This document shows positions 1-8,478 of a DNA stretch of 64,000 bases, piece after piece. A program made the translations under genes and the position numbers. This DNA comes from an uncultured Eubacterium sp. (GTDB lineage: Bacteria > Bacillota > Clostridia > Lachnospirales > Lachnospiraceae), in the NCBI GenBank assembly GCA_900547255.1, contig URGC01000001.1:308-64307 (forward strand). The letters run 5' to 3'. Every line of letters begins with the position of its first letter. Positions within the stretch are counted from its first letter, which is position 1. Under the pieces are notes generated by a model. The model saw only the letters and a list, made by a program, of their open reading frames with translations, made no database searches and was not told where the DNA came from.

Positions 1-9
1 CATCTCACA

Positions 10-960
10 TTATCTGTATACAATATACGTATTGTATCTGTAGCGTCTCAGACGCTGCTCCATCTTGATTGCATTAGTAAGATATTGGAATGCGCCGACC
101 TGAACCTTGTAGAGGTTATCCTCGTACAGTATAAATGCCGGGAAACCCTCAACAGTCAGTGAATCAAGCATTCTGTCGGCATTTTCTTTGTTAGAGTAGG
201 CACCGACCTGAACTCTGTAGAGAGGTGCATCTTCGTCAAGACAAGGGCAGTCGCAGTTACGTTTGGCAAAAGAGCCGACAGTATCAATAGGTACGGAGCT
301 GCCAGAATTGCCGCCCATAAAATCATTGTTGTCAGACATATTGCGTGAATCTGGAATAACAGAGTCCGTTATAACCGGTTCGGCTGGAATTACATTTGAA
401 GAGTCAGCTTCTGTTATATTAGTCTCTGAGTAGATGCTTTTTAAGATTCCGTCAGCAAGCCCCTGCGCAATCTCATTAAAATTGTTGTCAAAAATCTTAT
501 TATCCGTGTCAGAGTTGATGAAACCTACTTCAACGAGGACGGCAGGCATGCGCGTTCTTTTCAATACAACAAGATTAGGGCGTGGCGTGATTCCAAGATT
601 TTTAAATCCGGCTTTTTCAAGATTGGCATTGATATTAGCAGCGAGTGTATTTCTTATGCCAGTGTCTTTATACACAAGTGTTTCCACACCGTTATACTGG
701 TTAGGTTCTTCGGAAGAATTGCGATGTATAGATATGAAATAATCAGCACCGGCATTATTAGCATCAGTTGCTTTTTTCAATGGAGTCTCATATTCATCAC
801 TTTTTCTTACATAAAATACATTAACGCCGTTATCTTCAAGAATTTTACCGACTGCTTTGGTCAGTCTAAGAGCATCATCTTTTTCCATTCTGTTTCCATA
901 TACTGCGCCGGGGTCGCTTCCACCATGTCCGGCATCTAAGGCAATTGTAATATCAGACAT
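10..960 (-). CDS. N-acetylmuramoyl-L-alanine amidase (Amidase_3 family) with C-terminal SPOR domain
   Basis: Translation shows DAGHGG...GAVY amidase_3 N-terminus and tandem VQVGAY/VQVGAF SPOR-like repeats at the C-terminus. RBS CAGGAG lies upstream of the ATG at 960. Confidence 0.8.
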   Translation of the reverse strand: MSDITIALDAGHGGSDPGAVYGNRMEKDDALRLTKAVGKILEDNGVNVFYVRKSDEYETPLKKATDANNAGADYFISIHRNSSEEPNQYNGVETLVYKDTGIRNTLAANINANLEKAGFKNLGITPRPNLVVLKRTRMPAVLVEVGFINSDTDNKIFDNNFNEIAQGLADGILKSIYSETNITEADSSNVIPAEPVITDSVIPDSRNMSDNNDFMGGNSGSSVPIDTVGSFAKRNCDCPCLDEDAPLYRVQVGAYSNKENADRMLDSLTVEGFPAFILYEDNLYKVQVGAFQYLTNAIKMEQRLRRYRYNTYIVYR

Positions 961-1142
961 AAGAACTCCTGATAATGAGTGTCATCTTATTATATTCGCA
1001 TGTGGCAGAAGGGTTACAATCCAGACAGCACAGATAAATGACATACATTTCCTGCATACAACATATATTTGCATGTGATTATATTGCATGGAGGATGGAA
1101 TTATCCGTGAATGTTAACTATGTAAGGACACTGGAGAATAGA

Positions 1143-2378
1143 ATGAGGGCAGATGATTATGGTGGACTTAGGATAAATGTTGTGGATGAGGAGACAATGC
1201 GCCCGGTATCAAATGCCGTGGTAGATATATCATACACTGGCGAGCCAGACAATGTTGCCTGGGAGATAAGGACAGATTCAGATGGTGCGACACCGATGTT
1301 ACAGTTGGCAGCTCCTCCTATTGAATACAGCATGGAGCCAGGCGATAACCAGCCATATTCACAGTATACAGTCAGGGTTGCAGCTCCGGGATATGAGGAT
1401 TACGTTGTTGGCGGGGCAGAGGTGTTTTCGGGAGTCAACAGCTTCTGCAATGCGAGGATAAGAGGCGCAAGGATTAATCAGGCACCAGATGTTGTGATAA
1501 TTCCTGCCAATACGCTCTATGGCGATTATCCGGAAAAGATACCGGAAAGAGAGATACAGCCAGTCAACAACCAGGGGCAGATTGTGCTTTCACAGGTGGT
1601 GATTCCTGAGACAATTGTTGTGCATGATGGTTCGCCGACAGATCCAACAGCGAAGAACTATTATGTCGGGTATGCCGATTATATCAAAAATGTTGCATGT
1701 TCAGAGATATATTCAACATGGCCTGACGAGACAATCAAAGCCAATATACTCGCTATCATGTCATTTACATTAAACAGGGTTTACACAGAATTTTACAGGA
1801 ATAAGGGATATGACTTTACGATAACATCATCAACGGCATATGACCACAAATGGATATACGGGCGCAATATATTTGATAATGTATCTAATCTTGTTGATGA
1901 ACTGTTTAACTTGTATCTTTCAAGACCTAATGTTAAACAGCCTATACTTACACAGTACTGCGATGGCAAGAGAGTTACATGCCCGAACTGGATGAGCCAG
2001 TGGGGCAGTAAATATCTTGGAGACCAGAAATACAGTGCGATAGAGATACTAAGATATTATTATGGGGATTCAATGTATATCAATACGGCTGAACAGATTG
2101 AGGGAATACCATCTTCATGGCCGGGAGCAGACCTTGATATAGGTTCTTCAGGGCAGAAGGTGCGCCAGATTCAGCAGCAGCTAAACCTTATAGGAGAATT
2201 TTATAATTCAATACCTGCGCTTGTGGCTGATGGGATATATGGAGAGAGGACGGCGGAGGCAGTCAGCAGATTTCAGAAAATATTCGATATGCCAGTGTCA
2301 GGAATAGTGGATTTTCCTACATGGTACAGAATATCAGCTAAATATGTTGCTCTGTCAGGTATTGCAGAACTTCAATAG
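1143..2378 (+). CDS. Putative cell-wall hydrolase/PG-binding protein (N-terminal carboxypeptidase-regulatory-like domain, C-terminal PG_binding_1 domain; SleC/SpoIID-like?)
   Basis: ORF 1038..2378. The likely start is ATG 1143, preceded by a GGAGAA RBS. The C-terminus carries the GxxVxxxQxxLxxxG...DGIYGxxTxxAVxxFQ peptidoglycan-binding motif. Confidence 0.5.
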   Translation: MRADDYGGLRINVVDEETMRPVSNAVVDISYTGEPDNVAWEIRTDSDGATPMLQLAAPPIEYSMEPGDNQPYSQYTVRVAAPGYEDYVVGGAEVFSGVNSFCNARIRGARINQAPDVVIIPANTLYGDYPEKIPEREIQPVNNQGQIVLSQVVIPETIVVHDGSPTDPTAKNYYVGYADYIKNVACSEIYSTWPDETIKANILAIMSFTLNRVYTEFYRNKGYDFTITSSTAYDHKWIYGRNIFDNVSNLVDELFNLYLSRPNVKQPILTQYCDGKRVTCPNWMSQWGSKYLGDQKYSAIEILRYYYGDSMYINTAEQIEGIPSSWPGADLDIGSSGQKVRQIQQQLNLIGEFYNSIPALVADGIYGERTAEAVSRFQKIFDMPVSGIVDFPTWYRISAKYVALSGIAELQ

Positions 2379-2453
2379 ATATGGTACACTTCAATAATTG
2401 TCACAGATAAATATTATTGATGAATATTATTTGCAAAATATTTTAAATTATAG

Positions 2454-2482
2454 TTGACAATGCATTTAATCAGTGATAACAT
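2454..2482 (+). promoter_or_regulatory. sigma-A type promoter for the infC operon (TTGACA-17 nt-TAACAT)
   Basis: Consensus -35 TTGACA at 2454-2459 and -10 TAACAT at 2477-2482 with a 17-nt spacer. Confidence 0.4.
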
Positions 2483-2640
2483 ATCACTGTTGTGAAATTA
2501 AAGAAGAGTATCCACTCTCACCTCAGCGCAAGGGCGACTCAGGTTAATACTTTTTATTGAAAGCGTTTTTATGCTTTTGTGATTGGTTGTTCAGTGGATA
2601 GTTTAAGCTATCCACTTTTTTATTTACATTTTTAGGAGGT
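2483..2640 (+). ncRNA. L20-type autoregulatory leader of infC-rpmI-rplT with terminator/attenuator hairpin (2594-2622)
   Basis: An untranslated ~160-nt leader runs from the promoter to the AGGAGG RBS. It contains the hairpin AGTGGATAG-loop-CTATCCACT followed by TTTTTT immediately before the RBS. This is the same organisation as the Bacillus L20-leader attenuator. Confidence 0.4.
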
Positions 2641-2648
2641 ATACAGCC

Positions 2649-3155
2649 ATTAGCGATTTATTGATTAACGAACAGATCAGGGAAAAGGAAGTCCGTGTTA
2701 TTGGTGCGGATGGAGAACAGCTTGGGGTTATGTTATCTAAGGATGCATTCAAGCTTGCTAAGGATGCAGAAGTAGATTTAGTTATGATTGCACCATCTGC
2801 AAAGCCACCTGTATGTAAACTGATTGATTATGGCAAGTATAAGTACGAATTAATCAGGAAAGAGAAAGAAGCCAAGAAGAAACAGAAGACAGTTGAGACT
2901 AAAGAGGTCAGATTATCACCTAACATAGATGTTAACGATCTTAATACTAAGTGCAACGCCGCAAGAAAGTTCTTAGAGAAAGGTAACAAGGTAAAGGTTA
3001 CATTAAGATTCAGAGGACGTGAGATGGCTCATATCGAGAGCAGCAAGCATATCCTTTCAGATTTCGCTGAGAGACTTAGTGATGTTGCAGTAGTTGATAA
3101 AGCTCCTAAGATGGAAGGCAGGAGCATGATGATGTTTTTAACTGAAAAACGTTAA
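2649..3155 (+). CDS. infC: Translation initiation factor IF-3 with non-canonical AUU start codon
   Basis: The track ORF 2661..3155 lacks the conserved N-terminus. In-frame ATT at 2649 lies 9 nt after AGGAGG (2634-2639) and gives ISDLLINEQIRE..., matching B. subtilis MISKDMLINEGIRA. AUU starts are the norm for infC. Confidence 0.85.
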   Translation: MSDLLINEQIREKEVRVIGADGEQLGVMLSKDAFKLAKDAEVDLVMIAPSAKPPVCKLIDYGKYKYELIRKEKEAKKKQKTVETKEVRLSPNIDVNDLNTKCNAARKFLEKGNKVKVTLRFRGREMAHIESSKHILSDFAERLSDVAVVDKAPKMEGRSMMMFLTEKR

Positions 3156-3195
3156 AATATAATTTACTATTTGATTATTTTCTAGGAGGTTTATT

Positions 3196-3393
3196 ATGCC
3201 AAAGGTAAAGACAAAGAGAGCAGCTGCAAAGCGTTTTAAAGTAACTGGTACAGGTAAGTTAAAGAGAGCTAAAGCTTTCAAGAGCCACATCCTTACAAAG
3301 AAGACAACTAAGAGAAAGAGAAATCTTAGACACGCAGCTATGACAGATGCAACTAATGTAAAGACAATGAAGAAGATCATGCCTTACCTTTAA
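3196..3393 (+). CDS. rpmI: 50S ribosomal protein L35
   Basis: [24 protein letters not shown]... is the canonical L35 sequence. A GGAGG RBS precedes it. Confidence 0.95.
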   Translation: MPKVKTKRAAAKRFKVTGTGKLKRAKAFKSHILTKKTTKRKRNLRHAAMTDATNVKTMKKIMPYL

Positions 3394-3425
3394 TTTGCAG
3401 GTAGGTATAGAAGGAGGAATATAAA

Positions 3426-3782
3426 ATGGCAAGAATTAAAGGCGGTATGAACGCAAAGAAGAAGCACAATAGAGTATTAAAGCTCGCTAAGGGTTATAGA
3501 GGAGCAAGATCTAAGCAGTACAGAGTTGCTAAGCAGTCAGTTATGAGAGCTCTTACAGAGTCTTATAAGGGCAGAAAGCAGAAGAAGAGACAGTTCAGAC
3601 AGTTATGGATTGCACGTATCAATGCTGCTGCAAGAATGAACGGTTTATCATACAGCAAACTTATGCATGGTCTTAAGCTCGCTAATGTAGATCTTAACAG
3701 AAAGGTATTGTCAGAGATGGCAATCAACGATGCTGAAGGATTTGCAAAGCTTGCAGAGCTTGCTAAGTCTAAGCTTGCATAA
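3426..3782 (+). CDS. rplT: 50S ribosomal protein L20
   Basis: [37 protein letters not shown]... is the canonical L20 sequence. A GAAGGAGG RBS precedes it. Confidence 0.95.
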   Translation: MARIKGGMNAKKKHNRVLKLAKGYRGARSKQYRVAKQSVMRALTESYKGRKQKKRQFRQLWIARINAAARMNGLSYSKLMHGLKLANVDLNRKVLSEMAINDAEGFAKLAELAKSKLA

Positions 3783-3812
3783 TTATTAGTTTAATAATAA
3801 TTGAACATATTT

Positions 3813-3850
3813 AAAGGTCTTTGTCAGTTTTCTGGCAAAGACCTTTATTA
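3813..3850 (+). terminator. Intrinsic terminator of the infC-rpmI-rplT operon
   Basis: Hairpin AAAGGTCTTTGTCAG/CTGGCAAAGACCTTT followed by a T-rich tract. Confidence 0.6.
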
Positions 3851-3939
3851 GATTATGTGAATTATTTATGAAAATGCTATGAAATATGCATGTTTTATGG
3901 TATTATTATCAAGATTGTTTGAAATCGGAGGATATATAT

Positions 3940-4995
3940 ATGCGTAATATTAGTGCAGTTAAGAAGATAAGTGCATGCATAGCACTTGTTTTGCTTACTA
4001 TTGGAACATTTGGATGTAATACCAAGATTACACCATCATATGGATATAATCCAACAGATTATGTCCAGTTAGGTGAATATAAGGGACTGAAATATTCAGT
4101 TGATACAGATGCCATTGAAAAGAAGCTTATCAATGACAGAATTACAAGTGACCAGAAGGATAATATAACATATCAGGAGGTAACATCGAGAGGTGCTGTA
4201 GATACTGATAAGGTTACACTTGATTTCTCTGCTTCTATTAATGGACTTACAGTAGATGGATTCTCAGATAATGATTATGAGCTTGTACTTGGAACAGATA
4301 CATTCTATATTGATGGATTTGTTGATGAACTCTACGGAATGAAGACAGGAGAGACTAAGATTGCACAGCTTGTTGTTCCTGAGACATTTACACAGGCATC
4401 GGAGTATGCAGGCAAGAAGATTGTATTTGAGATTACAATGACTAAGATTGAGCAGCCTAATGTGCCAATGATAACAGATGCATATGTACAGGCACATTTT
4501 GATGTCAATACTGTTGATGAGTACAGACAGAAGATTAAGGAAGAACTCGCTGATTCTATTAATGAGGAGATAGAGGAGCAGACAAAGAATGCAATTCTTA
4601 TCCAGCTTCAGGAGGTCTGCAAGGTTACTGGATATCCAGAGGATTTCCTTAATACTAAGAAGGATGAATATGAGTCATCTATCAAAATGTATTCTCTTAT
4701 GAAGAACCAGACTGTTGATGAGTACTGTCAGGAGAATATGAACATGTCATTTGACGACTATGTTAAGAAGAACATAGCCCAGGAGATGATTATATGTGCG
4801 ATTGCTGAGAAAGAGGGCATCACAGTAACTGAGTATGAGTACAAGGGAGACCTTGAGCAGTTCGCATCTGATAATAACTATGGCGATAAGACAGCATTTG
4901 AGGAAAAATATGGCAAGGACAAGATTGTAGTTGCGATGGTTATGCAGAAGACACAGGATTTTATTATTGAAAATGCAGTAAACACACAGAAATAA
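3940..4995 (+). CDS. Lipoprotein with FKBP-type PPIase/trigger-factor-like domains
   Basis: ORF 3886..4995. GGAGG RBS before ATG 3940. Signal peptide with lipobox LTIGTFGC. Trigger factor FKBP-like and C-terminal-like segments are present. Confidence 0.6.
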   Translation: MRNISAVKKISACIALVLLTIGTFGCNTKITPSYGYNPTDYVQLGEYKGLKYSVDTDAIEKKLINDRITSDQKDNITYQEVTSRGAVDTDKVTLDFSASINGLTVDGFSDNDYELVLGTDTFYIDGFVDELYGMKTGETKIAQLVVPETFTQASEYAGKKIVFEITMTKIEQPNVPMITDAYVQAHFDVNTVDEYRQKIKEELADSINEEIEEQTKNAILIQLQEVCKVTGYPEDFLNTKKDEYESSIKMYSLMKNQTVDEYCQENMNMSFDDYVKKNIAQEMIICAIAEKEGITVTEYEYKGDLEQFASDNNYGDKTAFEEKYGKDKIVVAMVMQKTQDFIIENAVNTQK

Positions 4996-5026
4996 ATGAG
5001 GGGGAAATTCCCCCTCATTTATTTAT
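4994..5026. terminator. Bidirectional intrinsic terminator between convergent genes
   Basis: Hairpin AAATGAGGGGG-AAATT-CCCCCTCATTT with A/T tracts on both sides. Confidence 0.6.
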
Positions 5027-5029
5027 AAG

Positions 5030-6406
5030 TTATAGGCGGTTTACGGCGTCCAGGGCCAGGGCGGAGCGTTCGCATTCGTTGGCGGAAAGGGTTATCTGCC
5101 AGCAGAGGGGGCTGCCTTTCATGTATTTGGCGGCATAAGATAAGCCGTTTGTTTTTTCATCAAGAAATGGCTTATCAATCTGGTTTGGGTCGCCTAGGAG
5201 GATGATTTTGGTGTCTTCGCCGGCTCTTGTGATTATGCCTTTGACCTGATTAGGGGTCATGTTCTGGGCTTCGTCTATTATAAGATATGTTTTGGCGATA
5301 GAACGTCCTCTGATAAAGTTAAGGGCTTCTGTCTGGATAATTTCTCTTTCAAATATCTCTGAAATCTTATCTGAAAGTTCCTGCTCGTCTTCGTAGCGGC
5401 TTTTAGTGTCAGAATCAAGAATTTGTTCGAGATTATCAATTACAGGGCGCATAAGCGGCGCAATTTTGTCCTGTTCACTGCCTGGGAGGAAACCTATGTC
5501 ATCATCAAATTGGGCATTAGGGCGGCACACTATAATTCTTCTATATTCATTGGTTGGATTGTTAAATACTTTCTCCATTCCGACAGCGAGAGAGTAGAAG
5601 GTTTTGGCAGTACCAGCCATACCTTTTATGATTACGAGAGGAGCTTTCTTGGCACATGTCATAAGTGCCTCCTGAACGAAATATTGTCCGGCATTGCGTG
5701 GAGATATTCCATATGGCTTGCTTTTCTTGTATTCGAGGGGAACGACCTTTTTGCCGTGGACACATCCGAGAAGAGTTTTCTTAGGAGACTGGTCAGCGCG
5801 CAGAGTTACGAATTCATTTTCAAATAATTCCGGGTGGGAAACATTGCCTTCTTCGTCTGTCTGATATAAATGTTCTGTTTTAATACCATTTTTCTTAAAT
5901 TCCTTGATGGAGTCTTCTGGAATGTAGAGTTCAATTCGACCAGTGTAACCTGCATCTTCACTGCTTATCTGTTCTGTTATGAAATCCTCAGCTTTTATTC
6001 CGATAATCTGGGCTTTAAGTCTTAGTACGATATCTTTCGTAACAAGCACAATCTGTTTATCTGGAAATTCATCGGAAAGTCCTTTGCATACCATAAGAAT
6101 TCTGTTGTCCGGTTTGTCATCAGGAAGGTCTTGTGGGAGTGATACATTGACATAATTTTTCTCAATTTTGATAGAACCACCATTTTCAGTGGCAATGCCA
6201 GCAAGAAGGTCGCCTTTGATGCGGTATGATTCAAGAATTCTAACGGTGGCTCTTGCATTTGCCCCTTTATCTCCGTCCGATTTTTTCAATCCGTCAAGTT
6301 CCTCAAGAACTACAAGCGGTATTACAATATCGTTGTCATCAAAACAGTTGGTAGCATAAGGTGCCTGGATAAAAACATTAGTGTCGATTACATAAGTTTT
6401 TTTCAT
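5030..6406 (-). CDS. PhoH-like ATPase with N-terminal PIN domain (YlaK family)
   Basis: N-terminal PIN motif VIDTNVFI. PhoH P-loop GMAGTAKT and conserved C-terminal PhoH region. RBS AAGGAG. Confidence 0.85.
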   Translation of the reverse strand: MKKTYVIDTNVFIQAPYATNCFDDNDIVIPLVVLEELDGLKKSDGDKGANARATVRILESYRIKGDLLAGIATENGGSIKIEKNYVNVSLPQDLPDDKPDNRILMVCKGLSDEFPDKQIVLVTKDIVLRLKAQIIGIKAEDFITEQISSEDAGYTGRIELYIPEDSIKEFKKNGIKTEHLYQTDEEGNVSHPELFENEFVTLRADQSPKKTLLGCVHGKKVVPLEYKKSKPYGISPRNAGQYFVQEALMTCAKKAPLVIIKGMAGTAKTFYSLAVGMEKVFNNPTNEYRRIIVCRPNAQFDDDIGFLPGSEQDKIAPLMRPVIDNLEQILDSDTKSRYEDEQELSDKISEIFEREIIQTEALNFIRGRSIAKTYLIIDEAQNMTPNQVKGIITRAGEDTKIILLGDPNQIDKPFLDEKTNGLSYAAKYMKGSPLCWQITLSANECERSALALDAVNRL

Positions 6407-6418
6407 AGATTGTCTCCT

Positions 6419-7078
6419 TTAAATCATGCGTTGACCATTGATTACAAGCCAGAACTGGATTCTAAGTTTCTCAGCAGCTTTGCGGCAGAGAACCATTCGC
6501 TCTAAGAATATTTCAAAATAATCCATTACAGTACACATAGATGTATCAATTTTGATTGTCAGCTCAATATGTGAGTCTTTCACAATCTCAACTATACTTT
6601 CTTTAACTGAATAATTAACCCGGTCATGAATGTCAAATGTAGAAATGTCCTGATTGCGGACTCTTGTGTATCGCACATCTGTCTTATCTGCGATGATAAG
6701 AGCGGCGGCAACAGCGTTAACCGGATAAGCTGTTGACTCGTCATGATTGCCTATAGCTGCGATAACAGTTGCAATATCTTCTGAATCAGCTCCCATCTTG
6801 TCTAATATTCTGAATGCCATGACAGCACCAGACTGTGCATGGTCAATTCTGTTGATAACATTGCCGATATCGTGAAGATACCCGGCAATTCTTGCAAGCT
6901 CAGCCTCTCTGTCGCTATATCCAAGAGTTGTAAGTATATCCCCGGCAAGCTTTGAAACCTTATTAACATGAGAAAAGCTGTGATCCGTATAACCGAGAGC
7001 AATCAATGATTCATCCGCTTTCTCGATATACGTATTCACAGCATTATTTTTCTTAACATCTTCAAAAGTAACTTTCAT
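6419..7078 (-). CDS. HD-domain phosphohydrolase
   Basis: H..HV...LHDIGN HD motif. Co-operonic with the PIN-PhoH gene, which lies 12 nt downstream. Confidence 0.7.
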   Translation of the reverse strand: MKVTFEDVKKNNAVNTYIEKADESLIALGYTDHSFSHVNKVSKLAGDILTTLGYSDREAELARIAGYLHDIGNVINRIDHAQSGAVMAFRILDKMGADSEDIATVIAAIGNHDESTAYPVNAVAAALIIADKTDVRYTRVRNQDISTFDIHDRVNYSVKESIVEIVKDSHIELTIKIDTSMCTVMDYFEIFLERMVLCRKAAEKLRIQFWLVINGQRMI

Positions 7079-7253
7079 ATAGTAGTCACCTCCTTCTTTG
7101 TATTTTAATAATTACAAAGAAAAATCCCTGCATATTAAATATATGCAGGGATATGTAAAAACCACTATCTGTTCATTGTAAAAGAAATGTAAATTTTAAA
7201 GAATTATACTTCGGCGCACAGTGTCAGCCGAAGTATACATATTAGATTTACAG

Positions 7254-7706
7254 TTATTTTACACCTGTTGAGCCGAATCCACCTTCTCCTCTTACAGAAT
7301 CTTCAAGCTCGCTGACTTCTGTAAACTGTGCATGGTAATATGGGGCGTAAACCATCTGTGCAACACGTTCGCCGTTGTTAACGACAAGAGGTGTCTCGGA
7401 ATGATTGTAGAGAGCTACAATGATTTCGCCTCTGTAGTCAGAGTCAATTACGCCGACTTTGTTGGCTGGCGCAACGCCTTTTTTGCATGCCATACCACTT
7501 CTTGCATAGATAAGTCCTACAAGTCCTTCTGGAATCTCCATAGCAAGTCCTGTATGTATGAACTGAGTTTCACCGGGATTGATAGTGATGCTTTCATCTG
7601 TACAAGCGTAGAGGTCTGCGCCTGCGGCAAATTCTGTGCCATAAGCTGGAATAGTGGCAGCAGGGTTTAATTTCTTGATTTTGACGTTAGTCTGCATAAT
7701 ATTCAT
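7254..7706 (-). CDS. dut: dUTP diphosphatase
   Basis: dUTPase motifs (AGADL, GLIDSDYRGE-like GVIDSDYRGE). RBS AAGGAG 10 nt upstream. Confidence 0.9.
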   Translation of the reverse strand: MNIMQTNVKIKKLNPAATIPAYGTEFAAGADLYACTDESITINPGETQFIHTGLAMEIPEGLVGLIYARSGMACKKGVAPANKVGVIDSDYRGEIIVALYNHSETPLVVNNGERVAQMVYAPYYHAQFTEVSELEDSVRGEGGFGSTGVK

Positions 7707-7739
7707 TTTTTTAAATCTCCTTAGTTAATTTTAAATAAG

Positions 7740-8270
7740 TTAGATGCTGTCCAGGTCGAATAGCACAACATCGCCAGATGCAAGCGAAGTTGGCACATCA
7801 ATTGTGCGCTGGTTGGATGAGCCTTTGAATTTCAGCATCATATCCTTCTGGTCAATCATAAATGGACCGTCTACAAGGACATCTATGTAGTCAAGAATTT
7901 CTCTTGTGTGAGGAAGATTCTTACACATATTATTAAGAATATCTTTGTCGTAAAGATATCCGGTAAAACACCAGATGGACTTGGAAGGGTATTCTGTCTT
8001 GATTTTCCGAAGGAGGTTAAGAACCTCTGGCTGGTTTTCTGGCTCAAATGGTTCACCGCCAAGCAGTGTGAAGCCCGTGATATAGCCGGGCTTAAGCGAG
8101 TCTAATATCTCATTGACTGTATCTTCTGTGAATGGCCTGCCGTAGTTAAAGTCCCATGCAATTTCGTTAAAACAGCCTTTGCATCTGTGCGTGCAGCCAC
8201 TTACAAAAAGAGAAGTCCGTACACCTGGGCCGTTGGCAATATCACAGAATTTTATCTCTGCATAATTCAA
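7740..8270 (-). CDS. nrdG: Anaerobic ribonucleoside-triphosphate reductase activating protein (radical SAM)
   Basis: Very similar to E. coli NrdG (MNY...DIVNGPG.R..LFVSGC.H.C.GC.N...W). Confidence 0.85.
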   Translation of the reverse strand: MNYAEIKFCDIANGPGVRTSLFVSGCTHRCKGCFNEIAWDFNYGRPFTEDTVNEILDSLKPGYITGFTLLGGEPFEPENQPEVLNLLRKIKTEYPSKSIWCFTGYLYDKDILNNMCKNLPHTREILDYIDVLVDGPFMIDQKDMMLKFKGSSNQRTIDVPTSLASGDVVLFDLDSI

Positions 8271-8478
8271 ATTAATTCACTCCATTTCATAGAATAATCC
8301 AGATGATTGTCTGAATAACACAGATGTTAGTATATCAGATTTTGGGTGTAAGTCCTATATTAATTTATAAAAGAATGCTATTTTTCTGTAAAAATGTATA
8401 GAAGATATTTTATTTTAGTGGAGACTAACCTGGTCGTATGTTAACATATTAACAACGAATTTTAAAGGAGATGTGATT

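Noticed and set aside
1038-1142. N-terminal 35 codons of track ORF 1038..2378 (MTYISCIQHIFACDY...)
   Set aside because: No RBS at 1038. The ATG at 1143 has a GGAGAA RBS and begins the conserved region, so the upstream extension is likely untranslated.
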